DNA of 64,000 nucleotides from Vicinamibacteria bacterium (GTDB taxonomy: Bacteria; Acidobacteriota; Vicinamibacteria; Marinacidobacterales; Marinacidobacteraceae): the NCBI GenBank assembly GCA_963668695.2, contig CAXXLQ010000004.1:1728001-1792000 (forward strand), given 5' to 3'. A model generated the notes under the pieces. It searched no databases, had not been told where the DNA came from, and worked only from the letters and a program-made list of their open reading frames with translations. The translations under genes were made by a program, and so were the position numbers. This document shows positions 19,551 through 28,725 of this stretch, piece after piece (the stretch's first letter is position 1; the number at the start of each line of letters is the position of its first letter).

Positions 19551-20825
19551 TCAGTAACCGAGCAGGTTGGGGAGGAACAGCACCACGCCCGGGAGGAACG
19601 CGATGACCAGCGTGAGCGCCAGCATGAGCGCCAGGTAGGGCCAGAGCGGGCGGGCGACCTCCGCCGGCTTGACCCCTCCCACCGAGCAGGCCACCAGCAG
19701 GCTCACCCCCACCGGCGGCAGGAACACGGAGATTCCCTGGGTCGCCACGATGACGGCGCCGTAGTGCACGGGGTCGATCCCGAGTTGCCTCGCCAGGGGC
19801 AGCAGGATCGGCGTCAGCAGGACGACCGCGGGCACGCCCTCGAGAATGGCGCCGAGCGGCAGGAAGACGAGGATCGTGAGGATCAGGAAGCCGGCCTGGC
19901 CGCCTCCCATCCCCACGACCGATGACGCGAGTGTCTGGGGCACTTCCATGACCGCCAGGACCCAGCCCAGGAGGCGCGCGGCGCCCACCACGAACAGCAC
20001 CATTCCCGACACCATGGCCGTCTGGACGACCTTGCTCCACAGGTCGGAAGCGGAGAGGGACCGGTACACCGGCCCGGCGAGGAGCAGCGCGTAGGCGACG
20101 GCGACCGCAGCGGCCTCCGTGGGCGTGAAGAGACCGAAGCGGATGCCGCCCAGGATGACCACGATCATGAAGAGGGGGAGCAGGGCGTCGAAGCCCGCGT
20201 GCCGGACGTCCGCGAAGGATGCGCGCGGCTCGGCCGGCCATCCTTCCCTCCGCGCCTGCCACCCGATCTGCGTCATCAAGCCCACGGCGATCAGGAGCGC
20301 GGGTGCGATGGAGGCGACGAACAGGGCGCCGATGGAGACGTTGCCGATGACGCCGTAGACGACCATCACGATGGCCGGCGGAATGAGAATCCCCATCCCG
20401 CAGGCGGCCGAGACGATCGCGGTGGAGCGCTCCCGGCTGTATCCGTTCGCGGTGAGCTGAGGCACCATGATGCCCCCGATGGCGGCCGCGTCCGCGGACG
20501 TGGAGCCCGACACTCCTGAGAAGAAGATCTCGGCCAGGATGACCACCTGCCCGAGCCCCCCGGGGAGGTGTCCCACCAGCGACCGCGCAAGCGTCACCAG
20601 GCGGCGGCTGATCCCGCCGACGTCCATGAGGAAGCCGGCCAGGATGAAGAGCGGCACCGCGAGCATGGGGAAGGAATCCATCCCGGCGACGATCTGCTGC
20701 GGGATGACGACGAGCGGGAGATCCGCCGCCACGATGGCGATCGCGGCCGCGGTCGCGAGCGCGAAGCCGATGGGCACGGCGGCCAGCACCAGGGCGCCGA
20801 AGGCGCCGAGCAGGAGGCCGCCCAT
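19551..20825 (-). CDS. dctM: TRAP transporter large permease
   Basis: LAVPLFILAG, SGVSGS..ADAAAIG, ILIPP, FTPTEAAA, PPVG. Confidence 0.92.
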   Translation of the reverse strand: MGGLLLGAFGALVLAAVPIGFALATAAAIAIVAADLPLVVIPQQIVAGMDSFPMLAVPLFILAGFLMDVGGISRRLVTLARSLVGHLPGGLGQVVILAEIFFSGVSGSTSADAAAIGGIMVPQLTANGYSRERSTAIVSAACGMGILIPPAIVMVVYGVIGNVSIGALFVASIAPALLIAVGLMTQIGWQARREGWPAEPRASFADVRHAGFDALLPLFMIVVILGGIRFGLFTPTEAAAVAVAYALLLAGPVYRSLSASDLWSKVVQTAMVSGMVLFVVGAARLLGWVLAVMEVPQTLASSVVGMGGGQAGFLILTILVFLPLGAILEGVPAVVLLTPILLPLARQLGIDPVHYGAVIVATQGISVFLPPVGVSLLVACSVGGVKPAEVARPLWPYLALMLALTLVIAFLPGVVLFLPNLLGY

Positions 20826-21334
20826 CAGCCGGTCCCCCCGGCCGAGCGATCCCCTTCGGCCGAGGAATGCCCTTTGGCCGAGGAATCCTCATTCCGCCCC
20901 GCCAGCAGGTGGATGACCATCAGCATCCCGGAGACCGGAACCGCGGCATAAACAAGAGCGATCGGCAGGTTCAACGCCGCGGAGCGCTCGCCCATGGTGA
21001 GGTGCATGAGGGCGATGCCCGTGCCGATGAGGACGAGCGCGAAGATCAGCACGACGCCCCCGGCGAACGTCTCCACCGCCCGCTGCGCGCGCGGGGTCAG
21101 CTTCTGGGTGACCTGATCGAACCCGAAGTGAGCCCGATGCTCCACCGCCAGCGAGGCCCCGAGCAGCGAGACCCAGATGAAGGCGAAGCGCGAGACCTCC
21201 TCGCTCCAGGGATTCGGCTGGGCGACGAGGTAACGCATCAGGACCTGGAGGAGGACCACCACACAGACCGTGACCACCAGGCCGCCCGCGGCGTAGGTCT
21301 CGAGCGCTACCAGGACGCGGTTGAGCCGCTTCAT
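20825..21334 (-). CDS. dctQ: TRAP transporter small permease
   Basis: QVLMRY..PWSEEVSRFAFIW, 4 TM segments. Confidence 0.9.
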   Translation of the reverse strand: MKRLNRVLVALETYAAGGLVVTVCVVVLLQVLMRYLVAQPNPWSEEVSRFAFIWVSLLGASLAVEHRAHFGFDQVTQKLTPRAQRAVETFAGGVVLIFALVLIGTGIALMHLTMGERSAALNLPIALVYAAVPVSGMLMVIHLLAGRNEDSSAKGHSSAEGDRSAGGTG

Positions 21335-22467
21335 TCGTTGCGCCGTCCCCGGCGGGGTGGGGGCGATGAGGGTGATTGCGTTGGTGAGTTTCGCGTCGCT
21401 CCGCTCTGCGATGCCGGTCTGGAGGCCGGCGCTCCTCCGCCGGGCGCCGTGCGCTCCACCTCCGCCACCAACCGCGCGATCAGCGCCTCGCCGTCCGGCA
21501 GCCGGGCGGCCAGTTCGTCCCAGACGCGCGGTTTCACGGCGGGAGCGAACGGCGCCAGGTTCGGGCGCGAGATCTGGACGTCATTGGCGCGCATTTGCTT
21601 CAGGGCGTCCGCCTCCATCCGGCGCGCGACGTCGCTCTGGTAGGCGAGCGCGTCAGCCACGGAGCGGTCGACGGTCTCCCTGATGTCCCGGGGAAGGCCC
21701 GCGTAGAACGGCTCGTTCACCAGCAGCGTGATCGGGTTGTAGGTGATCGAGGTGAAGCTGTAGAACCTGGCCACCTCGTAGAGCCGGCTGCTCACGAATC
21801 CGATGGCGTTCGCCTCCCCGCCGTCGATCACGCCCTGCTGGAGCGCGGAGTAGACCTCGCCGTAGTTCATCGGGGTTGCCTGGACGCCCAGCGCGGAATA
21901 GGCCGCCAGGTAGGTCGCGTTCTGGAGGACCCGGAGCTTGAGGCCGGCGAGATCCTCGGGCGTTTCGACGGGCCGCCGCTTGTTGTAGACGTGGCGGAAC
22001 CCGTAGTCGAGGAAACCGAGCGAGCGGACTCCGGTGCGCTCGAGGAGAAGATCGCGCCACCAATCTCCCATGGGGCCGTTCATCACCGAGAGCCCGTGGT
22101 CCCGGGTCTCGAAGAGGAACGGGAGGTCGAACATCTGCCCTTCGGGCACCCAGCCCGAAAGCACCGGGGTGCCCGTGATGGCCAGGTGAACCGCGCCGGC
22201 CTGGATCTGTTCGAAGGCCACGCGCTCGCCCCCGAGCTGTCCCGACGGATAGATGACGACCCGGAACCGCCCGTCGGTGCGCTCGCGCATGAGGTCCCGG
22301 AAGCGCTCCGCCATGAGGTGGAACTCCGAGCTGCTCGAGAGCACGTGGGAGAAGCGGACGTCCCAGGTGGGAGGGTGGGAACGTTCGTCGCCGGGGCCAC
22401 CGCAGGACAGCGTAAGAAGCGTCGCCAGCAGCGCCATGGCGAAGCCGGGCGAGCGGGAGGCGGTCAT
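21331..22467 (-). CDS. dctP: TRAP substrate-binding lipoprotein; C-terminus extended by a REP
   Basis: YPSGQLG.E, DLPFLF, GLKLRV, EVYSALQQGVIDG; lipobox TLSC. Confidence 0.9.
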   Translation of the reverse strand: MTASRSPGFAMALLATLLTLSCGGPGDERSHPPTWDVRFSHVLSSSSEFHLMAERFRDLMRERTDGRFRVVIYPSGQLGGERVAFEQIQAGAVHLAITGTPVLSGWVPEGQMFDLPFLFETRDHGLSVMNGPMGDWWRDLLLERTGVRSLGFLDYGFRHVYNKRRPVETPEDLAGLKLRVLQNATYLAAYSALGVQATPMNYGEVYSALQQGVIDGGEANAIGFVSSRLYEVARFYSFTSITYNPITLLVNEPFYAGLPRDIRETVDRSVADALAYQSDVARRMEADALKQMRANDVQISRPNLAPFAPAVKPRVWDELAARLPDGEALIARLVAEVERTAPGGGAPASRPASQSGATRNSPTQSPSSPPPRRGRRNE

Positions 22468-22524
22468 GCCATCCGGGATGGGACGCGGTGGGGAATTCAC
22501 GTTGGCAAGGCGCAGCGTCATCAA

Positions 22525-22670
22525 CGCTGGTTTCGCGCTCCCGCGCGATGCCGGTCGGAGACCGGCGCTCCAAGCCGTCCCCGCGCTCCTTCTCGTTCGG
22601 CAATACGCGGTTTCGCGGCCCGGTGGGCCGCGGTGCCGGGGTGAAGACCGGCGTTCCCTGGCCGGCGCGC
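22525..22670. repeat. REP-like cluster (family B), no 18-nt insert
   Basis: TGCCGGTCGGAGACCGGCGCTCC and TGCCGGGGTGAAGACCGGCGTTCCC hairpins. Confidence 0.75.
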
Positions 22671-22735
22671 CTCCGCTCACCGCTGATCCTCGCCCTGCGA
22701 GAGGCAGTTCACCCACGGCCTGTCAGCAGCCCCGC

Positions 22736-25360
22736 TCAGGTGAGCAGCGGGTCGGTCATGACTTCGACCAGGGCCGGGCCGTTGCTGGCCAGCGCCGTCT
22801 TGAAGGCCTCGGTCAATTGCTCCGCCCGGTCCACGCGGATGCCGACGCCGCCGCAGAGTGTGGCGTAGTCGGCGAACGAAGGGTTGTGCAGCGAGGTCTG
22901 CCAGACCTTCCATTCGCCGTCGCGCTGCTCCTTGGAGATCTTGCCGAGCTCGCCGTTATGCAGCAGCACGTGGGTGATGTCCATGCCGTACTTCACGGCG
23001 GTGGTGAACTCGGCCAGGTATTGGCCGAACCCGCCGTCGCCGCTGATGGAAAGGACCTTACGGCCGGTGTCCGCAGCCCAGGCGCCCATGGCGGCGGGGA
23101 AGCCGAAGCCGATCGAGCCGAGATAACCGGACATCAGCACCGACTGCGCCTGGCACTCGAAGTAGCGGCCGAAGGAATAGGTGTTGTTGCCGACATCGAC
23201 GCTGATGATGGCGTCCGCGGGCACGATTTCGGCCAGGCGCTGGAACAGGATCGCCGAGTTGAGGCCCCGGCCGCTGTCTTTGGCGGCGCGGGAGTCCTTC
23301 TCCTTGCGCCAGGCGCGCCAGCGCTCGGCCAGTTCGGGCCGCTGGTCCCGGCAGGCGGTCGCTGGCGGCAAGCGGTCGCAGAGGAGCGTGGCGGTTACGC
23401 CGATGTCGCCCCAGATCGGCTCGTCAACGCCGTGGAACTTGCCGAGCGCCATGCGGTCGAAGTCCACCTGGATGGTCGGCTTGCGCGCGTCGATGCCGGT
23501 GTGGTGCGAGAACGAGGCGCCGAACACGATCAGGAGGTCGGACTCATTCATGAACCAGCTCGCGACCGGCGTGCCGCTGCGCCCAAGCACGCCGCCGCCG
23601 AGCGGATGGCGGTCGCTGATCAGGCCCTTGGCCTTGAAGGTGGTAATGACCGGGCAGTTCAGCGCCTCGGCCAGGGCCGTCACCTCGGCCATGCCGTCGC
23701 GAGCACCGTATCCCGCGATGATCAGCGGCCGCCGGGCCCAGGCGATGCGGGCGATCGCCAGGTCGAGCGAGCGCCGCGGCGGCGTGATGGCCGTCGGCGA
23801 CACGCGGCCGTCGGCGCGCCCCGGACCGGCCTTGCCGGCGTCGAGCACCTGGACCTCGTCGGGCAGGATGAGGTGCGCGACGTCGCGTTCGACCAGCGCG
23901 TTCTTCATGGCCAGGGAGGCGAGTTCGGCGGGGTTGCTGCCGGGCAGCACCGTCTGGCTGAAGCGGGCCACGGCCTCGAAGGCGGAGGCCAGATCGATGT
24001 CCTGGAAGGCGCCGGGGCCCAACACCTGGGTCTGCACCTGACCGGTCAGCGCGACGACCGGTGCGCGGTCCACCTTGGCGTCCCACAGACCGGTCAGAAG
24101 ATTCGTCGCGCCCGGACCGGCGATGGAGAGGCAGGCGGCCGGCCGGCCGGTCAGCTTGGCGTAGCCCGAGCAGGCGAAGGCGGCCGCACCCTCGTGGCGA
24201 ATGCCGAAGAAACGCAGCTTGCCGCGGTCTTCCTGGATGCGCAGCGCTTCGGCCATGCCCAGGTTGGAATGACCGACCATGCCGAAGACGGTATCCACGC
24301 CCCACTCCACCAGCGTCTCGGCGATGACGTGGCTGACCGTCCAGTTCGAGCGCTTCGGTCTGGGCAGCGCGATCTCGACCTGGCCGTTCTCCTCGCGCAC
24401 CTTCAGGGCCTCGACCGCGTGCTCGTTGCCCCGGCCCTTGCCGGTCTTGAGCTCGAAGTCGTAGCCGTGCCAGGGACAGCGCAGCGCGCCCTCGCAGACG
24501 TTGCCCTCGCCCAGCGGGCCGCCCTGGTGCGGACAGCGGCCGTCGAGGGCGAAGAGCGCGCCGCCCTCGCGGACCAGGGCCACCTGCTTCTCGCCGACCG
24601 CGAGGGCGTTGACCTTGCCCTCGGCGAAGTCCGACGCCTTGCCGACCGGAATCCAGGTCTCCCCCGTGGCTTCGCTCGCCTTGGCCGCCTTGGAGATCGT
24701 CAGGGCCTCGTCGTCGTGGAAGCCGGCGTACCAGTGGCTGCCATCGCAGAAAGGCTTGTTCCTGGACGCGCCGCAGCGGCAGAGCACGTAGTGCTCGCGG
24801 CTGGCGCCTTCGCCGAACTCGCAGTCCTTCAGCTCGACCCCGCCGCGGACGACGTAAGGGCCGTCGCGCGATACCTGGATCTCGGCCGCCTCGTGGAAAT
24901 CGGTACGAAGCTGTCCATCTTCCAGGTAGCTGAGCGCGCCGGAGGGACACTTGCGGATGATCTCGACGATGGCCGCCTTGTCCGCGCCGTCGGGATCGAT
25001 CCAGGGTTCGGCTGCCGAGCGCCAGACCGCAGGCAGGCCGGCGGTGCAGTAGCCGGCGTGGGAGCAGATTCCGCGGTTGTCGAGGATGGTGACCTCGCGG
25101 CCTTTGAAGCGTTCGAGCTTGTCGGGCACGCGGTCGTCCGACCTGGCACCCGTGAAGCCTGTCTGGACGTGGGTGCCGTCGCAAAAAGGCCGGTTGCGCG
25201 AATCGCCGCAGCGGCAGAGGAAGACGGTCTTCCTGGCGGTGATCGCTTCGCCGCGCGAGTTGTAAAAGGCGGTCAGACCGGAGACCTTGAGCGGTCCGTC
25301 CTTTTGCACCTCGACCGTGACGTGGCCGGTGCCGGATGCGTCGGCGTTCTTTTCTGCCAT
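22736..25360 (-). CDS. Multidomain ThDP enzyme (pyruvate oxidase/acetolactate synthase-like) fused to two CDGSH domains, a divergent ferredoxin domain and a Rieske domain
   Basis: CRCGDSRNRPFCDGTH, CSHAGYC..CPSGAL, CRCGASRNKPFCDGSH, CPHQ..CPWH, RHEGAAAF, GPGATN, GDGGF..N. Confidence 0.85.
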   Translation of the reverse strand: MAEKNADASGTGHVTVEVQKDGPLKVSGLTAFYNSRGEAITARKTVFLCRCGDSRNRPFCDGTHVQTGFTGARSDDRVPDKLERFKGREVTILDNRGICSHAGYCTAGLPAVWRSAAEPWIDPDGADKAAIVEIIRKCPSGALSYLEDGQLRTDFHEAAEIQVSRDGPYVVRGGVELKDCEFGEGASREHYVLCRCGASRNKPFCDGSHWYAGFHDDEALTISKAAKASEATGETWIPVGKASDFAEGKVNALAVGEKQVALVREGGALFALDGRCPHQGGPLGEGNVCEGALRCPWHGYDFELKTGKGRGNEHAVEALKVREENGQVEIALPRPKRSNWTVSHVIAETLVEWGVDTVFGMVGHSNLGMAEALRIQEDRGKLRFFGIRHEGAAAFACSGYAKLTGRPAACLSIAGPGATNLLTGLWDAKVDRAPVVALTGQVQTQVLGPGAFQDIDLASAFEAVARFSQTVLPGSNPAELASLAMKNALVERDVAHLILPDEVQVLDAGKAGPGRADGRVSPTAITPPRRSLDLAIARIAWARRPLIIAGYGARDGMAEVTALAEALNCPVITTFKAKGLISDRHPLGGGVLGRSGTPVASWFMNESDLLIVFGASFSHHTGIDARKPTIQVDFDRMALGKFHGVDEPIWGDIGVTATLLCDRLPPATACRDQRPELAERWRAWRKEKDSRAAKDSGRGLNSAILFQRLAEIVPADAIISVDVGNNTYSFGRYFECQAQSVLMSGYLGSIGFGFPAAMGAWAADTGRKVLSISGDGGFGQYLAEFTTAVKYGMDITHVLLHNGELGKISKEQRDGEWKVWQTSLHNPSFADYATLCGGVGIRVDRAEQLTEAFKTALASNGPALVEVMTDPLLT

Positions 25361-25395
25361 GGTCTGAGCTCCCTGGGCGCGCCGGCTATCGGTAG

Positions 25396-26139
25396 CTACC
25401 GGTAGTCAGGGTTCGGGTAGTCGAAACGGCAGCCGGCATCCCACGCCGAGCGCTGGTTGCCGTGCGCCGGAACGCCGCCCGCGTCCTTCAGCAGGCGCGC
25501 CAGGTGCATGAGGTTCCAGGTCATGAAGGTGGTGTTGCGGTTGGTGAAGTCGTTCTCCGGCCCGCCGGAGCCCGGATCGAGATAGGACGGCCCCGGCCCG
25601 ACGGTGCCGAGCCAGCCCGAGTCCGCCTGGGGCGGGATGACGTAGCCGAGATGCTGCAGCGAATAGAGCATGTTCATGGCGCAGTGCTTGACGCCGTCCT
25701 CGTTGCCCGTCACCAGGCAGCCGCCGACCCGGCCGTAATAGGCGTACTGCCCGTGCTCGTTGAGGATGTGCGAGTTGGCGTAGAGCCGCTCGATGACGTG
25801 GGTGCAGATCGAAGACTTCTCGCCCAGCCAGATCGGCGTGGTGAGCACCAGGAGGTTGGCCGCTTCCACCTTTTCGTAGAGCTGCGGCCAGTCGTCCTTC
25901 GCCGCGCCATGCTCTGTCATGTCGGGATAGACGCCGATCGCGATGTCATGATCGATGGGACGGAGCGCCTCTACGGCGACGCCGTTTTTTTCCATGATGG
26001 CGCGCGCGATGCGGATCAGACCGTCGGTGTGCGACATCTCCGGCGAGCGCTTCAGCGTGCAGTTGAGAAACAGCGCCTTGAGGTCCGAGAAGTCCCATCT
26101 GCTTTCGCTGCACCAGCGCTCCTGCAGTTCGTTGAGCAT
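25396..26139 (-). CDS. Flavodoxin-like / NAD(P)H-dependent FMN reductase family protein
   Basis: NCTLKRSPE.SHT, TPIWLG, VTGNEDG. Confidence 0.8.
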   Translation of the reverse strand: MLNELQERWCSESRWDFSDLKALFLNCTLKRSPEMSHTDGLIRIARAIMEKNGVAVEALRPIDHDIAIGVYPDMTEHGAAKDDWPQLYEKVEAANLLVLTTPIWLGEKSSICTHVIERLYANSHILNEHGQYAYYGRVGGCLVTGNEDGVKHCAMNMLYSLQHLGYVIPPQADSGWLGTVGPGPSYLDPGSGGPENDFTNRNTTFMTWNLMHLARLLKDAGGVPAHGNQRSAWDAGCRFDYPNPDYR

Positions 26140-26244
26140 GATCTCTCCCTATCGGTTTTCCTGATGAGCCAAGCGGGGGCCGAGGTTACCCGGATCGGCT
26201 CGGTCCGGATGCGAAGCCGGCCTGGGTCGGCATCCCGCTGGCTG

Positions 26245-27009
26245 CTAGGCGCCCCAGATCGTCTGGCCGGCGTCGATGAACAGGGTGGCGCCGGTCACGA
26301 GGCGCGCCTCGTCGTTCGACGCGAGGTACACCACGGACCCCACCAGGTCGTCAGGGGTGCCGATCTCCCCGAGCGGGATGCGGGCGAGGCGGCGCTCACG
26401 GAAGTCGTCCCGTGCGATGTCGGCCCGGTTCATGTCGGTCTCGATCAGACCCGGGGCGATGGCGTTCACCCGGATCCGGTGGGGCGCGAGCTCCAGCGCC
26501 ATCTGCTTGGTGAGCATCTCGACCCCTGCCTTCGACACGCAGTAGTGGGTGAGGTTCGGGGCGGCCACCGCCTGCCCGGCGGACGACACGTTGACGATCG
26601 CACCCGGCGCCCCGTTCTCGACCATGCGGCGCGCTACCGCCTGGCCGACCAGGAAGTAACCCTTGAGGTTGACGTTCAAAATGGCGTCCCACTCCTCCTC
26701 GCTGATCTCGAGGAGGGGCGTGCGCTTCAGGATCCCGGCGTTGTTCACCAGGATGTCGAGGCCGCCCAGGAAGTCGTGCGCTTCGGCGACGAAGCGCTCG
26801 ACGTCCGATCGGGAGTCCGTGGAGCCCTGCACGGCGACCGCCCGTCGCCCCGTCGCCTCGATCTGACGAACGGCGCTCTCGGCATCCTCGCGGCTACTGC
26901 GGTAGCCCACCGCCACGTCCGCACCCTCACGGGCGAGTCCGACGGCGATGCCCCGACCGATGCTCCGTGAACCGCCGGTGACCAGAGCACGTTTGCCTGT
27001 GAGACGCAT
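26245..27009 (-). CDS. Short-chain dehydrogenase/reductase
   Basis: TGGSRSIG, NNAG, YCVSK, IRVNAIAPG. Confidence 0.9.
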   Translation of the reverse strand: MRLTGKRALVTGGSRSIGRGIAVGLAREGADVAVGYRSSREDAESAVRQIEATGRRAVAVQGSTDSRSDVERFVAEAHDFLGGLDILVNNAGILKRTPLLEISEEEWDAILNVNLKGYFLVGQAVARRMVENGAPGAIVNVSSAGQAVAAPNLTHYCVSKAGVEMLTKQMALELAPHRIRVNAIAPGLIETDMNRADIARDDFRERRLARIPLGEIGTPDDLVGSVVYLASNDEARLVTGATLFIDAGQTIWGA

Positions 27010-27075
27010 GGGGAATCGGGGTCCGAGCCGAAAAAGACCGGACCGGTAAAGTAAGTGCAGGGGCAGATATTTGCA

Positions 27076-28716
27076 ATGCGGCGCTCGGCTCGAGTCGTAA
27101 TCGCCTTGGCATTCCTCGGTGGCCTGACGGCTTCCGTCGAGCCGGCGGAGGCCCAAGAGGAGGCGGCCGCCCCGTCCTTTCCTTCTGACGACCCGGTGAT
27201 CCGGGCGATCTGGGAGGAGGGCGTCGAGCGCTCACGGGTCATGGAGCTCGGCCGGGTGATGATGGACGCGATCGGGCCGCGGCTGACCGGCTCGCCCGCC
27301 ATGGCCCGCGCCAACGACTGGGCGGTGGAGAAATACAAGGAGTGGGGCATCGAGGCGAGGAAGGAGCAGTACGGCACCTGGCGGGGGTGGGAGCGCGGGA
27401 TCAGCCACATCGATCTCGTCGCACCGCGGGTGCGGTCGCTGGAGGGCATGGCGGCCGCCTGGAGCCCGGCCACCGACGGGCCCGTCGAGGCGGGCGTGGT
27501 GATCCTGGCGGACGCGGACAGCCCCGAAGCGTTCGAAGCGTGGCTGCCGGAGGTCGTCGGCAAGTTCGTCCTGATCTCGCGGCCGGAGTCGAGCTGCCGC
27601 CCGCGGGACAACCTGGAATGGTTCGCCCGGCCCGAGACGCTGGCCCGCATGACCGAGGAGCGCGAGCGCGCGGTCGAGGCGTGGAGCAAACGCGAGGAGA
27701 GCGCGGGTATCGAGCGGCGTGAGCTGCCGGCAGCGCTGGACGTTGCCGGGGCCGCCGGGATCATCCGGTCGCAGTGGTCGGAAGGGTGGGGCGTGAACAA
27801 GATCTTCGGCACCGGAACGGAGCGGACGCCGCTGTTGGACCTGAGCTGTGAGGCTTACGGCCTCGTCTACCGGCTGGCCGAGAACGGTCAGGAGCCGGTG
27901 CTGCGCGTCGACGCCCAGGCCCGCTTCCTCGGGGAGGTGCCGGTCTTCAACGCCATCGCCGAGATCCCGGGCGCAGCCGAACCACCAGGCGCAGCCGAAC
28001 TTGAGTATGTGATCCTCGGCGGCCACTACGACTCCTGGGACGGCTCGTCCGGCGCGCTGGACAACGGCACGGGCGCGGTCGCCATCATGGAAGCGATGCG
28101 CATCCTGAAGAAGGCGGTCCCGAACCCCCGCCGCACCATCATCGGCGCCCTCTGGAACGGCGAGGAGCAGGGTCTGAACGGGTCCCGCGCCTTCGTGGAG
28201 GACCACCCCGAAATCCTCGAGAACACCCACACGGTGTTCAACGTGGATCACGGGGCCGGGCCGGTCACCTTCATCCCGATGCAGGGATTCGCTGCGGCCG
28301 GCGGGCGCTTCGGTGAGTGGCTGGCGAAGATCCCGAGCGAGCTGTCGGATCTGGTCACTCTTGAGATTCCCGGGATGCCCGAAGCCGGCGGGACGGACCA
28401 CGCGTCCTTCCTGTGCGCGGGGGTGCCGGCCTTCAGCTTCCACGTGGGAGCCGGCCGGAGCGGCGACATCTCCATGGGCGACAACCGCTGGGACACGACC
28501 GTCTACACCTGGCACACCAACCGGGACAGCTTCGACAAGATCATCTTCGAGGACCTCAGAGACGACGCGGTGATGACCGCGATGCTCGTCTATCTGGCGT
28601 CCGAGGATCCGGAGCCGATGCCGCGCGACCGGCGGGCGATGCCGGAGGACGAGGATGGCGAGGAATGGCCGGAGTGCCGCCCGCCGGCGCGGAGCACCGG
28701 AGAACCCAACCCGTAA
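27076..28716 (+). CDS. Secreted M28-family peptidase
   Basis: Signal peptide, GPRLTGS, GGHYDSW, DNGTG, GEEQGL, TDH. Confidence 0.88.
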   Translation: MRRSARVVIALAFLGGLTASVEPAEAQEEAAAPSFPSDDPVIRAIWEEGVERSRVMELGRVMMDAIGPRLTGSPAMARANDWAVEKYKEWGIEARKEQYGTWRGWERGISHIDLVAPRVRSLEGMAAAWSPATDGPVEAGVVILADADSPEAFEAWLPEVVGKFVLISRPESSCRPRDNLEWFARPETLARMTEERERAVEAWSKREESAGIERRELPAALDVAGAAGIIRSQWSEGWGVNKIFGTGTERTPLLDLSCEAYGLVYRLAENGQEPVLRVDAQARFLGEVPVFNAIAEIPGAAEPPGAAELEYVILGGHYDSWDGSSGALDNGTGAVAIMEAMRILKKAVPNPRRTIIGALWNGEEQGLNGSRAFVEDHPEILENTHTVFNVDHGAGPVTFIPMQGFAAAGGRFGEWLAKIPSELSDLVTLEIPGMPEAGGTDHASFLCAGVPAFSFHVGAGRSGDISMGDNRWDTTVYTWHTNRDSFDKIIFEDLRDDAVMTAMLVYLASEDPEPMPRDRRAMPEDEDGEEWPECRPPARSTGEPNP

Positions 28717-28725
28717 GGAGCTGTA

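Noticed and set aside
1-19600. Integron or prophage explanation for the cassette-like region
   Set aside because: No tyrosine or serine integrase, attC-like sites or phage structural genes were recognised.
22253-25405. Long antisense ORFs (1050 aa here; also 14931-16892, 27232-29505, 48111-50852)
   Set aside because: Shadow ORFs opposite well-supported genes, expected in high-GC DNA, with no recognisable motifs.
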